Positions 29,813 through 40,032 of a stretch of 64,000 bases of DNA are shown here, in pieces. Each line of letters begins with the position of its first letter. The first letter of the stretch is position 1. The notes beneath the pieces were generated by a model, which saw only the letters and a list, made by a program, of their open reading frames with translations, was not told the DNA's origin and did no database searches. Source of the DNA: Fidelibacterota bacterium (GTDB lineage: Bacteria > Fidelibacterota > Marinisomatia > Marinisomatales > Marinisomataceae); assembly GCA_965212055.1 (NCBI GenBank), contig OZ243041.1:224001-288000 (forward strand), written 5' to 3'. The translations under genes were made by a program, and so were the position numbers.

Positions 29813-30454
29813 TTAATTCTTTAATTTTTTAATATCTGCGATCAAATAACCAACATCTATTGATGATGTTCCATTATAGATTCCTCTGATTTTCCCATTT
29901 TGATCTACAAGAATAACATTTTCAGTATGGATTAATTCAGATTGATCATGATTATCTACTGCTGCAATGGCAAAATAACCCAATTGAGCCATTTGTGTGA
30001 TATCTTCAATTGATCCACGCAATAAGAACCACTTCTTGGAATCGATATGATAGATTTCAGCATATTTTTTTAATCGTGCAACTGTATCATTTGTTGGATC
30101 AACGCTATGCGATAAAATTAGTATGTTATCATCCTCTTTAAAGGCTTCTTGCACCAATTGTAAATTTTTTGTTAAATCAATGCAGATAGATGGACAAGAG
30201 GTAAAGAAAAAATCAACCACATAAATTTTTCCTGCAACTGTCTCTTGTGTAACAAGAATGCTATCTTGATTAATAAAGGAAAAATCAGGGATAGTATGTT
30301 CCGTTTTCCCTACAAGCGAAGGATGCACTAATGTTGGTCTCAAATCTGCAGGAGTAAAAATAGGAAGTTCAAATTCTTCTTCTTGAGGTATGGAAGTATA
30401 CCATACACCCATCAGAATGATAATAATTATTAACAGAATTGATTTACTTTTCAT
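29813..30454 (-). CDS. SCO1/SenC copper chaperone
   Basis: FFFTSCPSIC, SVDP..D, IH. Confidence 0.92.
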   Translation of the reverse strand: MKSKSILLIIIIILMGVWYTSIPQEEEFELPIFTPADLRPTLVHPSLVGKTEHTIPDFSFINQDSILVTQETVAGKIYVVDFFFTSCPSICIDLTKNLQLVQEAFKEDDNILILSHSVDPTNDTVARLKKYAEIYHIDSKKWFLLRGSIEDITQMAQLGYFAIAAVDNHDQSELIHTENVILVDQNGKIRGIYNGTSSIDVGYLIADIKKLKN

Positions 30455-30479
30455 CTTACTCACTTAAATTAAGGCTATT

Positions 30480-30908
30480 ATGATTAGTTGGAAATGTAAA
30501 CATACTTGGAAAAAATCTGCACAAAATACTGCATGGTGTCTTTTGGGATGCTCAATAGGAGATTTTGGAACGATTTTTTACTTCCAAAACAATCCAAGTG
30601 ATATCTTTAATACAACAACATCAATTATGACGCTTGCTATTATTAATGGATTGATTACAAGTGTTGCGTTAGAAACATTTATTTTAAGTAGGCAAATGAA
30701 TTTTAGTGAAGCACTTAAAACGGCTCTTGGAATGTCTTTTATATCAATGATTGCTATGGAAATAGCCATGAATGTTACTGATGTAATCTTAACAGGTGGC
30801 GCTATATTAACTTGGTGGGCTGCTCCTATTATGTTGTTAGTAGGTTTTCTTACTCCATGGCCTTATAATTATTGGAGATTAAAAAAATATAATGAAAGTT
30901 GTCATTAA
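30480..30908 (+). CDS. DUF4396 membrane protein
   Basis: T.WCLLGCSIGD, SFISMIAME, PWPYNYW. Confidence 0.85.
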   Translation: MISWKCKHTWKKSAQNTAWCLLGCSIGDFGTIFYFQNNPSDIFNTTTSIMTLAIINGLITSVALETFILSRQMNFSEALKTALGMSFISMIAMEIAMNVTDVILTGGAILTWWAAPIMLLVGFLTPWPYNYWRLKKYNESCH

Positions 30909-30910
30909 GA

Positions 30911-31669
30911 ATGAAAATTGATTTATCTGATAAAACTATTTTAGTGACAGGTGCAAATAGTGGCATTGGAAATGCAATTGCACACGAATTATTGGATGCT
31001 GGAGCACAAGTAGCCCTTCATTTTAATTCTAATTCTGATGGTGCTTCCAAATTAAAAGAACAATTTTCAGATCAATGTGAATTGTTCCAAGCGGATTTTA
31101 ATAATGTTGATGAAGCGATCAAACTTTTTGAAGATGTTTTATCTTGGGGAGACACATTAGATGTTCTTATTAATAATGCTGGTACTGCTATAATGAATTC
31201 TATTAATCTTGAGGATGAAGCCTGGATTAAAAATTGGAATACAATCATGAATATTAATTTGCTTGCAGCAGGAGTGTTATCTAAAAAAGCGTTAGAACAT
31301 TTTAAAACAAAACATGGTGGACGTATTATTAACATTGCTTCTCGTGCTGCATTTAGGGGAGATACTCCAGATTATTTAGCATATGCAGCTTCCAAAGCAG
31401 GGATGGTTGCTCTTGTACGTTCCATTGCAAGGGGATTTGGTAAAGATGGGATTACTGCATTTTCTATTGCACCAGGATTTACTCGTACGGCAATGGCACA
31501 AAAATCTATTGATAAATATGGAGAAGATTTTGTTATCAAAGATATTGCATTAAATGAACTTACTGAACCAAAAGATATTGCGCCTATTGTTACTCTAATT
31601 TGTAGTGGAAAATTTGATCATGGAACAGGTTCTAATATTGACATTAATGCTGGTAGTTATGTAAGATAA
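30911..31669 (+). CDS. SDR oxidoreductase
   Basis: TGANSGIG, NNAG, YAASK. Confidence 0.92.
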   Translation: MKIDLSDKTILVTGANSGIGNAIAHELLDAGAQVALHFNSNSDGASKLKEQFSDQCELFQADFNNVDEAIKLFEDVLSWGDTLDVLINNAGTAIMNSINLEDEAWIKNWNTIMNINLLAAGVLSKKALEHFKTKHGGRIINIASRAAFRGDTPDYLAYAASKAGMVALVRSIARGFGKDGITAFSIAPGFTRTAMAQKSIDKYGEDFVIKDIALNELTEPKDIAPIVTLICSGKFDHGTGSNIDINAGSYVR

Positions 31670-31673
31670 TACT

Positions 31674-32498
31674 ATGGGGACATTATTTAGAAAAGTTGCA
31701 GGATTTATTTTCTTTTTTTCAAAAAAAATAAAACATTTTTTATGGAAAAGAATTTATGATCGTCTAGCCAACACCTATGAATATTTTGATTGGGCTTTTA
31801 TGAATTATGGGTTTGATTATGATGACAAAAGCAACGAACCTCCTTTAGGCGATAAAGACGAAGAATATCGATACTGTATTCAATTGTATCATCATACCGT
31901 TGAGAAATTAGCTGTGCAAGATAAAACTGTATTAGAAGTTGGATCTGGGCGAGGAGGAGGCACTTCTTATATTGCGCGTTATCTAAACCCAAAAAAGATT
32001 ACTGGAATTGATTATTCGAAAAATGCTATCACATTATGTAACAGAATTCATAATGAGCACAATCTAGAATTTGTTGAAGGTGATGCATCAGATTTACCAA
32101 TGGAAGATGATAGTCAAGATATCGTTATTAATGTTGAATCATCGCATTGTTATCCTTCTATTCCCCAATTTCTATCCGAAGTCAAACGTGTCTTGAAACC
32201 TGGAGGCTTATTTGCTTGGACCGATGTATGTCCTACACAAGCGGCTGATGATTATGAAAAAGCATTCAATGCATGTGGAATGAAAACCATTGATCGTTAT
32301 CAAATCACAGATAATGTTCTAAGAGCACTTGATGCAGATAAAATTAATGAAGTGAAAAATGACATTATCCATAAAAGTACTCCTTTTTATTTAAAGGGAA
32401 TTATCAAGGATTTCTCGGGACTGAAAGATACTGCCATCTATAATACATTAAAGAATGGAAGAACGAAGTATTATTTCCGAATTTTACAAAATGGATAA
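31674..32498 (+). CDS. Class I SAM methyltransferase (fatty-acid/lipid O-methyltransferase-like)
   Basis: FMNYG, IQLYH, LEVGSGRGGG, NVESSHCY. Confidence 0.88.
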   Translation: MGTLFRKVAGFIFFFSKKIKHFLWKRIYDRLANTYEYFDWAFMNYGFDYDDKSNEPPLGDKDEEYRYCIQLYHHTVEKLAVQDKTVLEVGSGRGGGTSYIARYLNPKKITGIDYSKNAITLCNRIHNEHNLEFVEGDASDLPMEDDSQDIVINVESSHCYPSIPQFLSEVKRVLKPGGLFAWTDVCPTQAADDYEKAFNACGMKTIDRYQITDNVLRALDADKINEVKNDIIHKSTPFYLKGIIKDFSGLKDTAIYNTLKNGRTKYYFRILQNG

Positions 32499-33228
32499 TC
32501 AAACTCCATTCGAATACACTCCATTCGAACTATTTGGAGATATACACTTAATCACACTAGGAATCATCTTAAGTGTGTCTTTAATTTTTTCCTTTACTGC
32601 ACGAAAATATTATGATAAAAATACGTTTGCTGGTTTTGAAAAAATACTAGGCTATCTTTTAATCATCACAGAGCTTATTAAACCATTTTTCTTGGTTGAA
32701 TTTGGAGATTATCATTTTACAAATACAGTTCCCCTTCATTTATGTCATATTACTTCTTATGCAACAGGACTATTTTTATTAACAAGAGACACAAGATTTT
32801 TTGATTTTGCATATTTTTGGGGAATGGGTGGTGGTACCATGGCACTTCTTACGCCTGATGTAGAATTTACATTTCCACATATTGATTTTATTTCTCTCTT
32901 TTCTTCTCATGGTCTTGTGTTTTTTACCATTATTTATATTCTTGTAGTCATTAGACAATATGTGACGTTTTCTTCATTAATTAATGCAGTGAAATATGCA
33001 TTAATGGCATTACCTTTTGTCTATGTATTAAACCTAATCATTGGAGGAGAAGAAGGATATAAAGCAAATCTATGGTATTTAATGGAACGATCTGAAGGAG
33101 CTTCGTTGATGGATTTCTTTCCTGTCTTTTTTCAAAACCCTCCATTTCATATGCTAATTGTTATTCCACTTTCTATTGTCATATTTTTGTTTTTATATCT
33201 TCCATTCTACCTTTTTGAGAAAAAATGA
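32491..33228 (+). CDS. YwaF/TMEM164-like integral membrane protein
   Basis: PLHLC, ALLTPD, N.WYL. Confidence 0.82.
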   Translation: MDNQTPFEYTPFELFGDIHLITLGIILSVSLIFSFTARKYYDKNTFAGFEKILGYLLIITELIKPFFLVEFGDYHFTNTVPLHLCHITSYATGLFLLTRDTRFFDFAYFWGMGGGTMALLTPDVEFTFPHIDFISLFSSHGLVFFTIIYILVVIRQYVTFSSLINAVKYALMALPFVYVLNLIIGGEEGYKANLWYLMERSEGASLMDFFPVFFQNPPFHMLIVIPLSIVIFLFLYLPFYLFEKK

Positions 33229-34163
33229 GTAAAGTATTTCAACATTATCAATCTTTTTTACGTGCTACTGAGCAAGCAGCCATTGCCGCTGCGCACTTGA
33301 GAGGATGCGGTGATGGAAAAATAGCTGATAAAGCCGCAACAGAAGCCATGCGATCTGTCTTAAACCAAGAACCTGTGCATACCAGGGTGGTAATTGGTGA
33401 AGGAGAACGTGATGATGCGCCCATGTTATTTATTGGAGAAGAATTAGGAGACACAACAAGCGATATGAAGATTGATATTGCTGTTGATCCTTTGGAATGT
33501 ACAAATCATTGTGCACACGATTTGCCAGATGCGATTTCAGTCCTTGCTGCAGCCCCCAAAGGTTCATTAATGGGAGCACCCGATACCTATATGAACAAGC
33601 TTTGTGGAAATAAAGCATTAAAAGGACATGTAAGTCTTACACAAAGTGTATCAGAAAATTTATCTGCTACTGCACAAGCATTAAACAAAGATATTCATGA
33701 TTTACAGGTGATTGTTTTGGATAGAGATCGTCACCAAGATTTAATTGCTGATATCCATTCTGCTGGAGCCAACACGGTGTTAATCAAAGATGGAGATGTT
33801 GCTGGTGGATTAAGAGCGGTAGAGGGTGAAGTAGATTTATTATATGGCATTGGTGCAGCTCCGGAAGGAGTCATTACGGCTACTGCTGTAAAAGCACTGG
33901 ATGGATTTTTTGAAGGACAGCTTCATTTTTATGATGCTGAATTTGAACAAAGAGCTTCTCAAATGTTAGGAGATGATATTCATAAGATTTGGTCTGCAGA
34001 TGAATTATGTACTTCACAAGATGCATTCTTTGTAGCAAGTGGTGTTTGTAGTGGATGGCTTCCTGGTGTTAAATTCCACGATAACAAAGCAATCGTTTCA
34101 TCTAGAGTAATTTTTGGGGAAACAGGAGAAAGTAAACTTATAACCAATGAATATGATTTATAG
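33225..34163 (+). CDS. glpX: Fructose-1,6-bisphosphatase class II
   Basis: VIGEGERDDAPML, DIAVDPLE, DR.RH, DGDV, GAAPEGV. Confidence 0.95.
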   Translation: MSKVFQHYQSFLRATEQAAIAAAHLRGCGDGKIADKAATEAMRSVLNQEPVHTRVVIGEGERDDAPMLFIGEELGDTTSDMKIDIAVDPLECTNHCAHDLPDAISVLAAAPKGSLMGAPDTYMNKLCGNKALKGHVSLTQSVSENLSATAQALNKDIHDLQVIVLDRDRHQDLIADIHSAGANTVLIKDGDVAGGLRAVEGEVDLLYGIGAAPEGVITATAVKALDGFFEGQLHFYDAEFEQRASQMLGDDIHKIWSADELCTSQDAFFVASGVCSGWLPGVKFHDNKAIVSSRVIFGETGESKLITNEYDL

Positions 34164-34171
34164 GAGAATAG

Positions 34172-35152
34172 ATGTCTGAACTACATACAGTTGCACAACA
34201 GATGGTGCAAAAAGGTAAAGGAATACTAGCCGCAGATGAAAGTACAGGAACTTGTACCAAGCGGTTTGAAGGGATTGGAGTAGAATCCACCGCATATTCT
34301 AGAAATTTTTATCGTAGTACACTTTTTACTGCACCAGGATTAGAACATTATATTAGTGGTGTTATTTTATTTGATGAAACATTTAGACAACCAATTATTG
34401 GAAGCGATATGCTGATTCCAGAATACCTACAATCCAAAGATATTTTACCAGGGATTAAGGTAGATACAGGCGCTCATCCATTGGAAGAAGGTTCCAATGA
34501 GAAAAATACAACTGGATTAGATGGATTAGGCGATCGATTACAAGAATACCATAGTCTCGGTGCACGTTTTGCAAAATGGAGATCTGTAATTACTATCGGA
34601 GATAACATGCCATCTGACAAATGCATTCTTGCGAATGCAAATGGTCTTGCTCAATATGCATTGTTGTGTCAACAGCATCATTTAGTCCCAATTGTTGAAC
34701 CAGAAGTGCTAATGGATGGAACCCATACTATCGATACTTCTTTTGATGTGACATCTAAAACACTGGATGTAGTATTTCACCAATTAACAGAGCACCAAGT
34801 TGATTTGAAAGGAATAGTGCTAAAACCAAATATGATATTATCTGGTTATAATTGTGAACATCAAGCCAATGTTGAAGAAGTCGCCCAACGTACGTTAGAA
34901 TGCCTTACCAACCATGTGCCAAATGATGTCCCAGGGATTGCATTTCTTTCTGGCGGGCAATCAGATGAAGATGCAACGCTTCATTTAAATGCAATGAATA
35001 GAAGTGACACAAATTGGAATCTTACTTTTTCTTATGGAAGAGCTTTGCAACAACCTGCATTAAAAACATGGGCTGGAAAAGAAGACAATGCACACGCTAC
35101 ACAAGCTGCACTTCTTGAGAGAGCAAAAGCAAACGGTTCAGCCACTATATGA
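34172..35152 (+). CDS. Fructose-bisphosphate aldolase class I
   Basis: KGILAADES, GIKVD, FAKWR, PIVEPE, FLSGGQS, FSYGRALQ. Confidence 0.96.
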   Translation: MSELHTVAQQMVQKGKGILAADESTGTCTKRFEGIGVESTAYSRNFYRSTLFTAPGLEHYISGVILFDETFRQPIIGSDMLIPEYLQSKDILPGIKVDTGAHPLEEGSNEKNTTGLDGLGDRLQEYHSLGARFAKWRSVITIGDNMPSDKCILANANGLAQYALLCQQHHLVPIVEPEVLMDGTHTIDTSFDVTSKTLDVVFHQLTEHQVDLKGIVLKPNMILSGYNCEHQANVEEVAQRTLECLTNHVPNDVPGIAFLSGGQSDEDATLHLNAMNRSDTNWNLTFSYGRALQQPALKTWAGKEDNAHATQAALLERAKANGSATI

Positions 35153-35679
35153 AAAAAATACTCTTACTATTATTATTAATCTTGATTGGGTGTTTAAAGA
35201 ACCTATCAATATTTAGACTGAAATGATTAATGAGATCAAGTTTAAATATAAAAAAATCTACAAAGATACTGGAATTACTCAATTTTCTAACTTGCATGAA
35301 AAATAAACTGCAAGAAGGAATTCAAAGAAGAAAAAGATGTATAAACGAAATGGGAATACTACGATTAACGGACAACTCCAAGAACCTTAGAAGTAAAGAA
35401 GATTGAACCTTAAAAGATGGTACTACTATAGACTTGGATTTGGGAGGGGATACACAAAAATATGACAACTCCAAGCAGAATGCACCGTATTATCCATGAG
35501 AAGACAATAAACTAGGAAGTTGTTGGATGGCATGGCTTTTCATGGACAAATTTCGATAGAAGCAACCTTCAAAATAATAATCAAACGGACAAGAATCTTT
35601 TGGGATGGACCATACGAAAACGGACAACTCGAATACAGAAGACAACTCACTCTACAAAGATGGGGAACTCGTTGAATAA
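35149..35679 (+). pseudogene. Heavily disrupted MORN-variant repeat lipoprotein gene
   Basis: Intact start [15 protein letters not shown]; fragments WEYY, NGQL (twice) and YKDGELVE* scattered over frames among many stops. Confidence 0.65.
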
Positions 35680-35680
35680 C

Positions 35681-35881
35681 ATGAAAAAAGTAGGATTATA
35701 TTTAACGCTAACATTTATTACCTACCTCATCGGTCAATTGGTATGGTATTTGTCTTTTATTTCTCATGAACCACTATTTGGAAGTGAGCATTTAGAGGGA
35801 TCGACTTTGATTCTCATTTTTACTTTGAGTGGAATATTTGGATTAATAAGTGGCGTGCTCTTATACAAATTAGAAAAATAA
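35681..35881 (+). CDS. Small two-TM hypothetical protein
   Basis: MKKVGLYLTLTFITY...; follows the disrupted gene directly. Confidence 0.55.
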   Translation: MKKVGLYLTLTFITYLIGQLVWYLSFISHEPLFGSEHLEGSTLILIFTLSGIFGLISGVLLYKLEK

Positions 35882-35952
35882 TGGATTTTAATGATCTTGT
35901 TTTACTAATTGTAATTTTAGCTGCTACTTGGTTTTGGCAAAAAGATCGTTTC

Positions 35953-36558
35953 TTATAATATTGCTTGAAAAACCATTAATGGTTCTGAACATTCTATGAT
36001 AAATGACGTTCCCAATGATTTATTTCTAATCCCTTTAGATGATGGTGCCAATTTATATGAATCCAGAGGATATTCTAGATTGGTTGATGAAACAATGCTA
36101 TGATTTTGTAAAGTAATTAGACTAACTGTCTGTCCAGCAAAAGAATCAAATTCATTTTTTCCTACACATGGCGTAATAATAGAGTAATCTGTATAGATTA
36201 CGCATTGTATTTGATCAACAAATTCATTAATGGTGAAGAAATTTCCTAAAAAATGATCTTCACTTTTTCCTGATATTCCAAAAATTGATAAAGATAGATA
36301 ATTGTTGTCAACACACCATTCTAACGCTTTTTCTAAATCAGTTTTTGATTGATCTGGAGTATTAATAGTATGTTTAACACTATCTTGAGTATCAGAATCG
36401 ATTGAGTCCAAATCTCCTACTACATAATGTGGAGTAATATTATTTTTTAATAAGGAATTTGCAGCACCATCGGTAGCAATGATTACTTCAGAAGATCTAA
36501 TTTGATCAACAATATTAGAATCCTTGGGAAACGTTCCATTGACAACTAAAGCAACCAT
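35953..36558 (-). CDS. thiN: Thiamine diphosphokinase
   Basis: ATDGAA, VGDLDS, DQ.KTDLEKAL, DH..GN, L.YPL. Confidence 0.9.
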   Translation of the reverse strand: MVALVVNGTFPKDSNIVDQIRSSEVIIATDGAANSLLKNNITPHYVVGDLDSIDSDTQDSVKHTINTPDQSKTDLEKALEWCVDNNYLSLSIFGISGKSEDHFLGNFFTINEFVDQIQCVIYTDYSIITPCVGKNEFDSFAGQTVSLITLQNHSIVSSTNLEYPLDSYKLAPSSKGIRNKSLGTSFIIECSEPLMVFQAIL

Positions 36559-36569
36559 TGTTTTAGATG

Positions 36570-37172
36570 TTAACCTAGTCTATCGGCAACAAAATCCCAA
36601 TTGATCAGATTCTCTAACACTGCCTTGACATAGTCAGGTCTTACATTCTTATAATCTAGATAATAGGCATGTTCCCATACATCAATCCCCATTAGTGCAT
36701 GTTCACCATGTGCTAGGGGATTTTCAGCATTTGGAAGACCACGTAGTTCTAGCTTTCCGTCTTTTTCAACTAACCAAGCCCATCCGCTACCAAATACTCC
36801 AACAGCTTGTTGAGTAAAGTCGGTTTTGAATGTATCAAAATCACCAAAAGCTTCATTAATTTTTTCTAAGAGCTTTCCTTGCGGACTATTGCTACCACCT
36901 GGTGCCATTTGTTCCCAATATAAAATATGATTCCATGCTTGGCCTGCATTGTTAAAAACTTTTTTATGACCATCTTGAAAACTTTCAACGACCACTTGGT
37001 CTAATTCCATATCCATAAATTTGGTACCATCCGCAAACTTGTTTAACATATTAAAATAAGCCTGATGATGTTTCCCGTAATGCAGATCAACTGTATCAGA
37101 TGAAATAGTAGGTGCTAAGTCTGATGCACCATATGGTAATGCTGGTAGTACAAATTTCTGTGAATCACTCAT
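36570..37172 (-). CDS. sodB: Fe-type superoxide dismutase
   Basis: HYGKHH, FNNAGQAWNH, FGSGWAW, DVWEHAYY. Confidence 0.93.
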   Translation of the reverse strand: MSDSQKFVLPALPYGASDLAPTISSDTVDLHYGKHHQAYFNMLNKFADGTKFMDMELDQVVVESFQDGHKKVFNNAGQAWNHILYWEQMAPGGSNSPQGKLLEKINEAFGDFDTFKTDFTQQAVGVFGSGWAWLVEKDGKLELRGLPNAENPLAHGEHALMGIDVWEHAYYLDYKNVRPDYVKAVLENLINWDFVADRLG

Positions 37173-37251
37173 AAAAACTCCTATAAATTGTTTTAAATGT
37201 TTTAAATTGTAGATGAATTTAAATACTTTCAATCTAACATAAGAGAAAATT

Positions 37252-37752
37252 ATGACTCAAATTAAATTAGGTGATCAAACGGTAGATTTATCTGGGCAAT
37301 TACCAACAGTAGGAAGTCAAGCACCGGACTTTTTATTAGCAGATAACGAATTGGCCAATATGACGTTAAAAGATTTTGAAGGAAAACAATTAGTATTAAA
37401 TATCTTTCCTTCTCTTAGTACTCCAGTATGTTCAGCGTCGGCTCATAAATTTAATGAGCTTGCTGATCAAATGGACAACACTACAGTAATCTGTATATCT
37501 AAAGACTTACCATTTAATCAAAAACAATTTTGTGTTGCTAATAATTTAGAAAATGTTCTTTTTCTTTCTGATATGCGTAATGATGCCTTTGCAAACGATT
37601 ATGGTATCTTACATCTCAATGGAAAGTTCCAAGGATTGCTAGCGCGATCTGTTGTAATCATTAATAGCGATGGCACAATTGGTTATACGCAATTAGTGGA
37701 ACAAACAGGACATGAACCAGATTATGATGCTGTACTAGATGCGCTTACTTAG
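37252..37752 (+). CDS. tpx: Thiol peroxidase
   Basis: FPSL.TPVC, SKDLPF.Q..FC, EPDY. Confidence 0.93.
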   Translation: MTQIKLGDQTVDLSGQLPTVGSQAPDFLLADNELANMTLKDFEGKQLVLNIFPSLSTPVCSASAHKFNELADQMDNTTVICISKDLPFNQKQFCVANNLENVLFLSDMRNDAFANDYGILHLNGKFQGLLARSVVIINSDGTIGYTQLVEQTGHEPDYDAVLDALT

Positions 37753-38626
37753 CCACTAGAACAGGACAATTACATTCTGCAGCAATACTGATTGGTTTGC
37801 TACCAAAAAAATACTTCATTATTGGATTCTTTGGGGATACTCCAAGCATGATGATGCTATCATCTCCTGCATTTTCAACAATTCTTTTCACAACATTTCC
37901 TTCAAGAATGGTTGCAGTATTTTTAATGCCAGCATTAGAAAATTTGTCTTCAGTTCTTTCTAGTATTTTTTTAAGCCTATCATCAGACGATTTATTTTCA
38001 AGGACGGTAACAATCTCTACCGACAATTTGTTGGCTTTTGCAAATTGTTCAGCAATTTCGATTGCTTTGTTTGAGCCTTTAGAATTATTGACGGGTAATA
38101 AGATCTTATATTGTTTCTTAACAGAATAATTTTTTACAACCAATACTGAACTATCAATAAACTGAACCAAATTATGATGCATTCCCTTATTATTCCCACC
38201 CCCTATGATTGTAATATCATGATCGTTATCTTGTACCTCTGAACGTAATTGTTCAATAATTTCTCCAGTACGTAAAATGAGATTAATTTTATTCGAATGT
38301 TTTCCTTTGAGCAATACGCGCATTCGTGATTGTTCTTCATCTATTAAGAGATGATCATTAAACGTGGTTACTTTTTCTTCTTGAATATATTCTTTTGATT
38401 TTAAAAAGTTATATGCCCATTCAAGTGTTCTTACTCCCGGTCTGTATAGTTGTCTTTCATCAAGATTTTGATGAACAATACTGACATCTTTTTCAGAGAA
38501 TTGACTAATCTTTTTTCCAACATAGGCAATTGTAGTGCTGGCTTCAAACGAATTAGAAACCTTCATTCCAAGATCTAATGTTGGTTTGGAATATTTTCTA
38601 CCACCAATTGCGATTAAAATGTTCAT
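37745..38626 (-). CDS. Tandem universal stress protein
   Basis: Two USP-like halves; FFGS....A..C.CPVLV. Confidence 0.8.
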   Translation of the reverse strand: MNILIAIGGRKYSKPTLDLGMKVSNSFEASTTIAYVGKKISQFSEKDVSIVHQNLDERQLYRPGVRTLEWAYNFLKSKEYIQEEKVTTFNDHLLIDEEQSRMRVLLKGKHSNKINLILRTGEIIEQLRSEVQDNDHDITIIGGGNNKGMHHNLVQFIDSSVLVVKNYSVKKQYKILLPVNNSKGSNKAIEIAEQFAKANKLSVEIVTVLENKSSDDRLKKILERTEDKFSNAGIKNTATILEGNVVKRIVENAGDDSIIMLGVSPKNPIMKYFFGSKPISIAAECNCPVLVAK

Positions 38627-40032
38627 AGTGTTACCCAATAAAATTTTGAGACCAAATATAAAATAAGAATTGAACTAGAAAACATCAATAGCCCAACTCT
38701 AAAAAAGATTTTAATACTAACAAGTCCAGTTGAATAAACAATCATAGCGGTTGGAGATGAGATAACAGTTAAGAATGAAAAACCAGATGCAATGGCAGCT
38801 GACATTCCAAAAGAGATATCATTTGGTTGCAGTTCAATTGCCATTGGTCCCAGTAGGGATGTTGTAGCCGAGCTTGTGAAAAAATTTGATGTTAAACCAG
38901 TAAGTATTGCCATGAATGACCAACTAAAAGATGAGTCTTCTGGAAAAAATGATGTGAGCTCATTAAACTTTCCAACTAACCAAGATGATGCATCCGTTTC
39001 GTTAATTTGCAATCCAAGTGAGATGGTTGCTGCAAATAATAGAATGACTCCCCAATTAGTATTTTTATTGATTACTTCCCATGATACCATCCCACAAATC
39101 ATAAATATAAGTGCACCACATAACGCAATAATTCCAAGCCCTAGTTCTTGGTTAAATAAAAACCAACTGGCTATAATGAAGCCAATAATTAAACAAGAAA
39201 AGAGATGCCTGATATTGGTTGCACTATTTGATTTTGCAATCGATCTTTTGTATCCCTGGACTTGTACGTTGTCTAGTGAGGTTGGGAATGCAAATTGGAG
39301 AACAAAATACGCAACAACCAATTGAATGATTAAAATTGGATATGCATATTGTATCCACTCCCAATAACCAATTCTTTCGGCTTCGGTAAATTGGTCTAGA
39401 TAATTAATCATAATAACATTGCGAGCTCCACCTGATGGAGTACCAATTGATCCAATAATTGTTCCATATGCTATTGAAAATAAAACTAATAAAATTGCAT
39501 TTTTCCCATCTGGTGTTGAAGAGTCTACGTTTTTAATAATGGCTAATCCTATAGGTAGCATAATAGCAATAATAGTATGTTCGCCTAAAAAAGAAGAAAG
39601 AACGGCAGAAACAACCATTAATCCTGCGAGGAATAATCGTTTGCTTTTTCCAAAAATGGAAATAATGATTTTTGCCAATCTGATATCTAGTCCTTGATGA
39701 ACAATTGCAATGGCGAACATCAAAGATCCCATTACAAATAAAACAGCATCATTCATAAATGATGATGCTACTACATCAGCTGGAGCTACTCCTAATATGA
39801 CCTGTAAGACCAGTGCAAGCAGTGCTATTGCTGGAAAGGGGATTGCTTCCGATGTAACCAAAATAAACACCATAAATAAAATTATAAGACTGTGATAAGC
39901 GGGGACAGAAAGGTCGACTGGTGTCGGTAGACTGATAAAGATTAATGCAAATATTATACTAAAAACAAACCACTTTTTTTGAGAAAACCAATATAAAATA
40001 GATGATGATATAATTTTGTAGGAATCCTGCAT
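38623..40032 (-). CDS. SLC13/DASS family anion:sodium symporter
   Basis: SIAYG..IGSIGTPSGGARN and multiple TM segments. Confidence 0.88.
   Translation of the reverse strand: MQDSYKIISSSILYWFSQKKWFVFSIIFALIFISLPTPVDLSVPAYHSLIILFMVFILVTSEAIPFPAIALLALVLQVILGVAPADVVASSFMNDAVLFVMGSLMFAIAIVHQGLDIRLAKIIISIFGKSKRLFLAGLMVVSAVLSSFLGEHTIIAIMLPIGLAIIKNVDSSTPDGKNAILLVLFSIAYGTIIGSIGTPSGGARNVIMINYLDQFTEAERIGYWEWIQYAYPILIIQLVVAYFVLQFAFPTSLDNVQVQGYKRSIAKSNSATNIRHLFSCLIIGFIIASWFLFNQELGLGIIALCGALIFMICGMVSWEVINKNTNWGVILLFAATISLGLQINETDASSWLVGKFNELTSFFPEDSSFSWSFMAILTGLTSNFFTSSATTSLLGPMAIELQPNDISFGMSAAIASGFSFLTVISSPTAMIVYSTGLVSIKIFFRVGLLMFSSSILILYLVSKFYWVTL

Noticed and set aside
38792..39895. Plus-strand ORFs inside the DASS transporter, and similar nested ORFs across the track
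   Set aside because: Antisense or alternate-frame shadows of well-supported genes, with no motifs
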